Source: Solobacterium sp. (GTDB lineage: Bacteria; Bacillota_I; Bacilli_A; Erysipelotrichales; Erysipelotrichaceae). Taken from it: a DNA stretch of 64,000 bases. The stretch covers positions 42,013-106,012 of the forward strand of contig JAFWCM010000224.1 in the NCBI GenBank assembly GCA_017536885.1, read 5' to 3'. Below the pieces are notes generated by a model, which was given only the letters and a program-made list of their open reading frames with translations, was not told the DNA's origin and did not search any database. Position 1 is the first letter of the stretch. Each line of letters starts with the position of its first letter. Shown here piece by piece: positions 57,452-64,000 of this stretch. Position numbers and translations under genes: made by a program.

Positions 57452-58660
57452 TTAAAGCAGGCTCTCATAGACCTCTGCGTATTGTTCTCCGATCACTGAC
57501 ATGCCAAACCTTGTAAGGCAGTCCTGTGAGATTTCTTCTCTTGTATGATCGAGACTGGCCGAGCGCTCTATCCCTTCCGCAAGCGATCGGGGATCAAACG
57601 GGTCGGTAAGAAAACCGTTGAATCCCGGAATGATCATATCCTTCATCCCGCCGATCGCAAAGGCGGTCACGGGCAGTCCGCAGGCCAGGGATTCCATCAC
57701 CGTATTGGCGAGGTTTTCCTGCACCGACGGCGCCGCAAACACATCGCACGCCCCATAGATCAATGACAGATGCAGGTCATCGAAGATACTTCCGAACGTA
57801 ATCGTCTCGAGTTCTCCGGTTGAAAATCCGGCGGGATTGCCGAACCCTGCGAGCATGTATTCCCGGGGGTCGAGATGAGCTAAGGCCTGCAGTAAATACG
57901 TCCCGCCCTTGCGCTGATCATTCAGGTTGATCGAGCCTGCCAGGATCAGCTTTTTGTCTGTCTCTATTCCGAGAAGCTTCCGGCACTCCGCGCGGTTACG
58001 CACGTGGAACCATCGGCTGTCGATGGGGTTGGCAATTGCGGTGCTCGTCTTTCCGCTTTCCCGCAGGATTCTTGAGGCATTGGCTTCCGCATTGATCCAG
58101 GTACTGCATCCCACAAAGCGAAGAGGCGCATCGCGGTACTCCCGGATACGGAGTTCCTGCCCCTTTGCGGCGAGGTCATCTTCTTTCTTTGAACCAAGAC
58201 ACGGGCAGTTTCCGCATTTTCCGGTATATTTCCGGCAGGTGCCGGAATAGTGGCAGCCGCCGGTAAAGGACCACATGTCATGATTGGTCCAGACCGCCGG
58301 TTTACCGAGATCCTTCAGAAAATGATCGGAATACATGCCTTCATTGATCCAGTGCAGATGGATGAGATCCGCTTCTTTGATAAACGGATAATTCCGGTAA
58401 TTCACGGCATGGCGGTCGTAATGAAAATAGCCGGGACGGGGATAGCGCTTCATCGCGAGATCATTTTCCTTCTTGTATGCCATGCGCAGCAGCTTGTCCG
58501 TTTCGCTCAGCTGAATCGGCCGCGCCTGTTTCAAAGGACCGGGATTCAGTACATAGACTTCCGAATCATAGCCCTTTTGCCGCACTGCTTCACTGATCCT
58601 CAGGGCAGCGCGTCCGGCCCCGAGCAGATCCGAGATCACCAGGTGAACAATTCTTGTCAT
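57452..58660 (-). CDS. GT4 glycosyltransferase
   Basis: VFAAPSVQENLANTVMESLACGLPVTAFAIGGMKDMIIPGFNGFL, plus a Cys cluster CHYSGTCRKYTGKCGNCPC. Confidence 0.8.
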   Translation of the reverse strand: MTRIVHLVISDLLGAGRAALRISEAVRQKGYDSEVYVLNPGPLKQARPIQLSETDKLLRMAYKKENDLAMKRYPRPGYFHYDRHAVNYRNYPFIKEADLIHLHWINEGMYSDHFLKDLGKPAVWTNHDMWSFTGGCHYSGTCRKYTGKCGNCPCLGSKKEDDLAAKGQELRIREYRDAPLRFVGCSTWINAEANASRILRESGKTSTAIANPIDSRWFHVRNRAECRKLLGIETDKKLILAGSINLNDQRKGGTYLLQALAHLDPREYMLAGFGNPAGFSTGELETITFGSIFDDLHLSLIYGACDVFAAPSVQENLANTVMESLACGLPVTAFAIGGMKDMIIPGFNGFLTDPFDPRSLAEGIERSASLDHTREEISQDCLTRFGMSVIGEQYAEVYESLL

Positions 58661-58663
58661 ACC

Positions 58664-59866
58664 TCACCCCGCCACCGCTTCAAAATAGGTTTCCGGGTGA
58701 TCTTTGTCAAACTGTTCGTTGGCATACATCAGGGTGATCAGCTCCTCGGTATCGGAGAGGTTGATGATGTTATGCGTATAACCCGGCACCATGTATACCG
58801 CCTCCGGCTTGTTTCCCCATACCTCGAATTCGATCACTTCCTCACTGCCGATCCTGCGCTCCTGGATCAGGGCATGGCCTTTGACCACAATGAAGATCTC
58901 CCACTTGCTGTTATGCCAGTGCTGGCCTTTGATTTTTCCGGGCTTTGATACATTGATCGAAACCTGGCCGGCACTGATGGTCTTGATCGCTTCCGTAAAC
59001 GACCCCCGCTCATCCGCGCTGCTTTTAAGCTCGTATTTCATTCCCTCTTTCGGAAGATAGGAAAGATAAGTGCTGAAGAGCTTCTTGGCAAAGGAGCCCT
59101 TGGGCATGTCCGGCATGACGCCGGTCTTGGGCTGATCGTGAAAGGTCCTGAGAAGATCGGCGATCTCGCCCAGCGTTGCGCTGTGGCTCACCGGCACATA
59201 GCAGTATTTCCCCTTGGCATCGGGAGTCGGGGCAAGCCCGTTGTAATAGCAGCGGTGTTCCTTTCCTTCCAGAGCCGCAATCATCTCTTCCATCAGGTCG
59301 TCGATATAGACCAGTTCGAGCGTCGTATTGGGATCATTGACGGTGATCGGAAGATTGTTTGCGATGTTGTGGCAGAATGTCGCCACGGCGCTGTTGTAGT
59401 TCGGCCGGCACCATTTTCCGAACAGGTTCGGAAACCGGTACACGAGAACCCTGGCCGCGGTTGCCTTTTCATAATCGAAGAACAGCTCTTCTCCGGCGAG
59501 CTTGGACTTTCCGTATTCGCTGTTTTCAAACCGGCCTGCCAGGGAGGCCTGAATGGACGACGACAGCATGATCGGGCACCGGTTGTCGAGATCGAGAAGG
59601 GTTTTGAGAAGGACCGAGGAAAAGCCGCAGTTGCCTTCCATGAACTCCTCCGGATTCTTCGGGCGGTTGATGCCGGCAAGATGAAATACAAAGTCCGCCC
59701 GCCGGCAGTATTCCTTCAGCTGTTCTTCCGTATTGCCGAGATCATATTCCATGATCTCATCAATCGGAACCGTTCTCGTCCGGTCTTTTCCGTCCCGGAT
59801 ATTCTTCAGGTTTTCTACGAGGTTTCTTCCGACAAATCCCCCCGCACCGGTCACAAGTATTTTCAT
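58664..59866 (-). CDS. capF: CapF/FnlB/WbjC-type bifunctional reductase-epimerase (SDR domain plus C-terminal cupin)
   Basis: MKILVTGAGGFVGRNL..FHLAGINRP..YGKSKLAGE..YRFPNLFGKWCRPNYNSAVATFCHNIA.. and the cupin DERGSFTE..GQVSINVSKPGKIKGQHWHNSKWEIFIVVKG. Confidence 0.85.
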   Translation of the reverse strand: MKILVTGAGGFVGRNLVENLKNIRDGKDRTRTVPIDEIMEYDLGNTEEQLKEYCRRADFVFHLAGINRPKNPEEFMEGNCGFSSVLLKTLLDLDNRCPIMLSSSIQASLAGRFENSEYGKSKLAGEELFFDYEKATAARVLVYRFPNLFGKWCRPNYNSAVATFCHNIANNLPITVNDPNTTLELVYIDDLMEEMIAALEGKEHRCYYNGLAPTPDAKGKYCYVPVSHSATLGEIADLLRTFHDQPKTGVMPDMPKGSFAKKLFSTYLSYLPKEGMKYELKSSADERGSFTEAIKTISAGQVSINVSKPGKIKGQHWHNSKWEIFIVVKGHALIQERRIGSEEVIEFEVWGNKPEAVYMVPGYTHNIINLSDTEELITLMYANEQFDKDHPETYFEAVAG

Positions 59867-59923
59867 AACAATCTCCTTTCGGATCCATAGATATCCATGC
59901 ATGCAACGCATGCTTTCTCTGCA

Positions 59924-61159
59924 TCATACGCTTTCCGGGCGCTCTGAGCCAGTCTTTGCGGCAGCGATCTCTTCTTTCAGGGTGAAGAACACATTGAGTC
60001 CCCACTGCAGAAATACCGCATAGCAGATCACATGCCCGCCCAGCCAGGCAAAGACAAACGGCACGCAGAACGTCAGGCAGTACAGGGCAAAGCTTGCGGT
60101 CTCCTGAAAGCCGTGCAGTGTTTCCCCGCTGCTTAGAAACAGCAGAAACCCGGGAAGCATATATACGGAATTATACGGCCATCCCGAGGAAACATATAAT
60201 CCCATCAGTGCCCCGAGAAGCAGAATCTTCACCCAGGGCTTCTTACTGAAATACAGCGCAATCAGCGAAAGCAGAAGGAATGCCTGCTGGAGAAGATTCG
60301 AAAATACAGGCACCGGCTCGCCAGTCAGAAGAATGCCGAGATCATCGCCGATCCTGGAAACACTGTAGGAAAAGGTCTCACCGCCAAGATCCGCCGCGTT
60401 ATGCACGAATGTCATAAAGGCATCCACTCCGCCATAGAACAGAAACGGCACAAAAAAGAAAAGAATCCCGTAAATGATCAGGCGCACGCTTTCCTGATAT
60501 CGCTGTTCAAAGACATACAGCAGTCCGAATACCGCAGGATAGATTTTAAACCCCGCGCATACCGCAATTAAGATCAGCGCAATTTCCTTCTTCACCTTCG
60601 ATTCCGAATCCTTAAATGCCATGGCAATGCACAAAAGCAAAGAGATCAGAAGCACGCTGTTTCCCCGCTGCACGGAGGAAAACAGAAACGGATAGGAGAC
60701 AATCAACAGGCCGGGAAAGAGAACCTGTCCGCGGAAGCGGCCGGGCTGAAGATAGAGGCTTACGGCATACACCAGAAGAAGCGTGCAGAGCATCATCACC
60801 GTGACAAATACCGTAAGATTCTGCCCGACGGTCATATTGGCAAAGATATCCGTCGGATTCGGGGCAATAAACCCGTCGATCCGGGCAAGAAAGCCGTAAA
60901 AGAGATATGCCAGAGGCGGGAAAACAACATCTCTGGAATAGACGTAGATATTCGTTCCGATCGGCTGGCTGGCGTAGCCGAGATGGCTGAAGTAATCATT
61001 CAGCTGATATCTTGTCCCCATCATCATACTGTTGAAGAATTTGCCGGAAAACAGCGCGTTGGCCGCAAGGAAGCCGGCAAACATCACCGAGGCAAAAAGC
61101 AGATACCAGTCCAGCCGGCCAGACTTTGCAATTCTTTCCTTCAGGGAGTTTCCCTTCAT
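59924..61159 (-). CDS. Polytopic membrane protein, GT-C/DUF2029-like
   Basis: About 411 aa and more than 10 TM segments. The motif VVFPPLAYLFYGFLARI resembles GT87/DUF2029-type membrane glycosyltransferases. ATGA overlap with the upstream gene. Confidence 0.45.
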   Translation of the reverse strand: MKGNSLKERIAKSGRLDWYLLFASVMFAGFLAANALFSGKFFNSMMMGTRYQLNDYFSHLGYASQPIGTNIYVYSRDVVFPPLAYLFYGFLARIDGFIAPNPTDIFANMTVGQNLTVFVTVMMLCTLLLVYAVSLYLQPGRFRGQVLFPGLLIVSYPFLFSSVQRGNSVLLISLLLCIAMAFKDSESKVKKEIALILIAVCAGFKIYPAVFGLLYVFEQRYQESVRLIIYGILFFFVPFLFYGGVDAFMTFVHNAADLGGETFSYSVSRIGDDLGILLTGEPVPVFSNLLQQAFLLLSLIALYFSKKPWVKILLLGALMGLYVSSGWPYNSVYMLPGFLLFLSSGETLHGFQETASFALYCLTFCVPFVFAWLGGHVICYAVFLQWGLNVFFTLKEEIAAAKTGSERPESV

Positions 61160-62487
61160 GACGGTTTCCCTTCCCTTTCTCTTTTGCTGTCCTGCGTCCC
61201 CAGGGCAAACAATCCCAGGCAAAGCCAGAACAGATAGGTTTCCGGGTTGTGCATTTCCCCAAGAATCGCCTTATCGAGATTTGCCTGGATAAATACGCAG
61301 AGCAAAAGACAAAGCAGATACGGGTTTGCAGGAATCAATGATTTCTTCCCGTACGCTTCCTTCAGTGCGAAGATCAGAAACACCAGGAACAGACCAAGAC
61401 CGACAAATCCCGTCCAGGCCAGAAGATTGGCGAAGAGGTTGTGAGAATTGTCAAGATAGAGTATGCCGGCATGCCAGCCAAATCCGGTCAAAGGCTTCTC
61501 GAGTCCCATGCGTACGCATTCGGAGATGAGGGTGCCGCGGCTGCTGAGAATCTCTGCATCCGCCTGGCTGTTTCCGGCAAAGGCGGACAGCACGCCAAGC
61601 ACCGCATCGCGTTTGATCACAAGCACCGCAAGAACACAGAACACCGCCGGGATCATCATCGTCATCACCGCTTTTTTCGCTGTCATCTTCGCTTTGGTTA
61701 CAAGCAGGCGCACAAAGACGAAGACCATCGTCAGGGCAAAGAGAATCATGCCGGATCTTGCATCGGCGAGAACAATGACAACGGCGGCGATGACAAGCAT
61801 TCCTGCCGCAAAGATCACCGGAAGCTTTTTCTTCTGGACCAGGTGAAGCGAAAGCACTGCGGCAAGCATGACCCGAAAGCCGGCTACCGTCGGGTAGCCG
61901 AAAAAGCCGTAGTAGCGGTTGGTTTCCCCATGGCCGATATTGATGAGATCCATTTTCTGATAGGCTCTGCCAAACAAGGTAAAGCTGTCGCCGGCAAAGA
62001 AATACACCCCAAGGGACAGCGCGGAAAGAAGAAATACGAGCACGAGGATAAAATACCCGTTCACAGTCAGAACCGACTGAACCCGTTCTTCCTTCATCTC
62101 TTTTGCATAATGATAAAAGCACAGTGTCACAAGCATCGTCTCAAGAAGATTCATATAGATGGATTCCTCATGAAACATCGCATTGCCGTAATTCACATAG
62201 GAAGAGATCAGAACCATGAGGGTGAACAGCGTCAGAACGACGGAAGAATTCGCCGGCTTGTTCCATTGTCCTGTAAAAAGGCGGCAGATCATCTTTCCGG
62301 CCAGAAGTCCGAAGGCCAGGAAAAACGTGAAAAGCATGAAATACCGGAAGCAGCGGACATCTCTTCCGGTCGGCGTCACAAATTCCGTATAGACCGAATT
62401 CCAGAGAAAACGGGACATCAGAATCAGCGTGAAGAGCACCGCTTCCGCGGTTCCGTTTTCCAGGAGAACCTTTTTTATTTTTTCCAT
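61156..62487 (-). CDS. O-antigen ligase/Wzy_C-family polytopic membrane protein
   Basis: EKPLTGFGWHAGILYLDNSHNLFANLLAWTGFVGLGLFL with multiple TM segments. GGAGGA RBS before the ATG at 62487. Confidence 0.7.
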   Translation of the reverse strand: MEKIKKVLLENGTAEAVLFTLILMSRFLWNSVYTEFVTPTGRDVRCFRYFMLFTFFLAFGLLAGKMICRLFTGQWNKPANSSVVLTLFTLMVLISSYVNYGNAMFHEESIYMNLLETMLVTLCFYHYAKEMKEERVQSVLTVNGYFILVLVFLLSALSLGVYFFAGDSFTLFGRAYQKMDLINIGHGETNRYYGFFGYPTVAGFRVMLAAVLSLHLVQKKKLPVIFAAGMLVIAAVVIVLADARSGMILFALTMVFVFVRLLVTKAKMTAKKAVMTMMIPAVFCVLAVLVIKRDAVLGVLSAFAGNSQADAEILSSRGTLISECVRMGLEKPLTGFGWHAGILYLDNSHNLFANLLAWTGFVGLGLFLVFLIFALKEAYGKKSLIPANPYLLCLLLCVFIQANLDKAILGEMHNPETYLFWLCLGLFALGTQDSKREREGKPS

Positions 62488-62504
62488 TACGCAATCCTCC
62501 TGCC

Positions 62505-64000
62505 TCATTCCGCCCCGTCGTGACTGAGAACCCGGCCGAAGGTCCGGAACAGAATCTTCAGGTCCATCAGGATTCCCTTGTGATCCACATAATACAGTTC
62601 CATCGTGCTGCGCCTGCCGCTCTCATAGGTCGCGTTGTTTCGTTCATACGCCTGCCAATAGCCGGTGAGTCCGGGGGGAACGCTCAGAAATTTACCGATT
62701 TCATCCCCGTAATACCTGGTCTCGGATTCGACGATCGGACGCGGTCCGACCAAGGAGAGATCTCCGGCCAGGATATTGAACAGCTGCGGCAGTTCATCCA
62801 GACTCGAAACGCGCAGAAATTTTCCGATCCTGGTGATGCGCGGATCCCCTTTCAGCTTGAACTCCCGGAGATACTGTTCCTTCTGTTCCGGGGTGAAGTA
62901 CTTGTCGAGATTTCCCGCATCCGTGCGCATCGAGCGGAACTTGTAGATATAAATCCAGCGGCCCTGATAGCCAAGGCGTTTCTGGGTATAAAACGGCAGG
63001 CCGCCGTCTTCGATCGCTACGATGACCGACAGGATGATCATTAACGGCAGAAGAAGAACGATTGCGGCAAGAGAAACGATAATATCGAAAACCCGTTTGA
63101 TCAGGCGGTAGAAAAAGCCGGAGGTGTTGGGATAAGGAACCGGGATCGGATAGGGACAGAGCAGTTCGGCAAATTCCCGCATGCTTTTGGTCTCTGCCTC
63201 CTGATACCACGCCTCCTTGTTCCGGGAGGATTTTCCGATCAGAAAGAGGCCGATGGAAACAAGAATGATCCAGATGTCTTTTCCGATACTCCATCCGGCA
63301 AAGAAACTGGCGCTGCTTTCGCCGAAGAGTTCCCGGACATTCTCCATCCAGGGGCCGATGATTCCCGGCCGAAACATGAGCAGCTTCTTGTCCTGTTCGC
63401 TCATATTCACAAAATCGGTGATCTCGTGCTGGATGGGACCGACAAATCCGATTTCATCAAACAGAACATTGACAATCTGCGGCATTCCGTCGAGATGCAA
63501 AAAGCGGAGTACGGATCCCGATACGGTATAGGGGGATCTGCCTTCTTTGAGCCGTTCTTCCGCATTCCCATGGAACGTGCGGAAACGGAAGCGGTTATAC
63601 CTTCGGCCGTGTTTTCCGATGCAGGGACGGCTGATGATTGTACCCCCCGGGGATTCAATCCTCAGAAGCAGGGCATACAGGATAAACAGCAGCGCAAAGG
63701 GAACGATCAGAGCCAGGCAGATAACAACTTCAAAGAACCTCCGGAAAAGCTGGCTGCGTTTCGAGACCGGATTCATTTCAAAGCTCAGAATGGGAATCGA
63801 ACCGATCTGATCGAGCTTGAAGGCATCTTCTTCAATCCCGTGCTTGTTGATCTCCACCTGAATTTTCTTTCCCATGCTTCGGAAGCGTTTCAAAAGCGCG
63901 CCTTCTCTGTCCCGTTCCATCGTCCCGGCGGTGATCAGAATCGTGTCCGCATCATTGGGGTCAATGTCCTCTTCGAGGGTGGAAAGGTTGCCGAGCACCG
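62505..64000 (-). CDS. Tandem-domain phosphoglycosyl transferase: degenerate PGT domain plus canonical small PGT domain (N-terminus probably outside the window)
   Basis: Domain 1: RRFFEVVICLALIVPFALLFILYALLLRIESPGG..RFRFRTF..LRFLHLDGMPQIVNVLFDEIGFVGPIQ..RPGIIGPW. Domain 2: KRVFDIIVSLAAIVLLLPLMIILSVIVAIEDGGLPFYTQKR..YKFRSM..DPRITRIGKFLRVSSLDELPQLFNILAGDLSLVGPRP..PPGLTGYWQ. Confidence 0.85.
   Translation of the reverse strand, partial: VLGNLSTLEEDIDPNDADTILITAGTMERDREGALLKRFRSMGKKIQVEINKHGIEEDAFKLDQIGSIPILSFEMNPVSKRSQLFRRFFEVVICLALIVPFALLFILYALLLRIESPGGTIISRPCIGKHGRRYNRFRFRTFHGNAEERLKEGRSPYTVSGSVLRFLHLDGMPQIVNVLFDEIGFVGPIQHEITDFVNMSEQDKKLLMFRPGIIGPWMENVRELFGESSASFFAGWSIGKDIWIILVSIGLFLIGKSSRNKEAWYQEAETKSMREFAELLCPYPIPVPYPNTSGFFYRLIKRVFDIIVSLAAIVLLLPLMIILSVIVAIEDGGLPFYTQKRLGYQGRWIYIYKFRSMRTDAGNLDKYFTPEQKEQYLREFKLKGDPRITRIGKFLRVSSLDELPQLFNILAGDLSLVGPRPIVESETRYYGDEIGKFLSVPPGLTGYWQAYERNNATYESGRRSTMELYYVDHKGILMDLKILFRTFGRVLSHDGAE

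Noticed and set aside
59887-59915. The GCATGC-AAC-GCATGC and neighbouring CATG-rich sequence between capF and the membrane protein gene.
   Set aside because: These are very short self-complementary hexamers with no extended symmetry or flanking promoter logic. They are most likely chance.

Overview
This 64-kb window comes from a Gram-positive chromosome. I infer Bacillota/Clostridia-like from the CIRCE-controlled groES-groEL, the SD-type RBSs and the gene content. The first ~6.2 kb holds a partial ThDP enzyme, an IspD-like cytidylyltransferase, an acetyltransferase, a decayed DUF3089 hydrolase and groESL.

Almost everything from ~6.3 kb to the window end is one cell-surface glycan super-locus. 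It contains:
- three polyprenyl-phosphate phosphoglycosyl transferases (PGTs), one of them a tandem-domain protein with a degenerate first domain
- two Wzx flippases and three Wzy/O-antigen-ligase/EpsG-type proteins
- about 12 GT-A/GT-B glycosyltransferases, including a GT11 fucosyltransferase, with gmd/fcl elsewhere in the window
- capE- and capF-like genes 35 kb apart, a DegT aminotransferase, acetyl/acyltransferases and an AraC regulator

A 2-aminoethylphosphonate (AEP) pathway is embedded in this locus and split into two modules ~25 kb apart:
- Module 1 (8.5-12 kb): a cytidylyltransferase-PEP mutase fusion, an AEP transaminase and a wHTH-LicC/PntC-like nucleotidyltransferase.
- Module 2 (33.6-36.5 kb): a second cytidylyltransferase-PEP mutase fusion, a stand-alone TagD-like cytidylyltransferase and phosphonopyruvate decarboxylase.

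Several candidate head-group transferases surround these modules:
- a 692-aa ORF fusing a complete YidC/Oxa1 insertase core to a TagF-type phosphotransferase domain (14052-16130). It is translationally overlapped with one of four LtaS/EptA-like sulfatase-fold membrane paralogs.
- three paralogous GT-C-like membrane proteins interleaved with LtaS-like paralogs (36.5-45.5 kb)
- a LicD-family transferase

My leading candidate for an undescribed system is the YidC-TagF + LtaS-like + CMP-AEP module, read as a route for decorating extracytoplasmic glycans with phosphonate. This is inference from domain logic only. I saw no rRNA, tRNA, CRISPR, transposase or prophage genes. All calls come from reading translated ORFs and motifs by eye; no searches were run.
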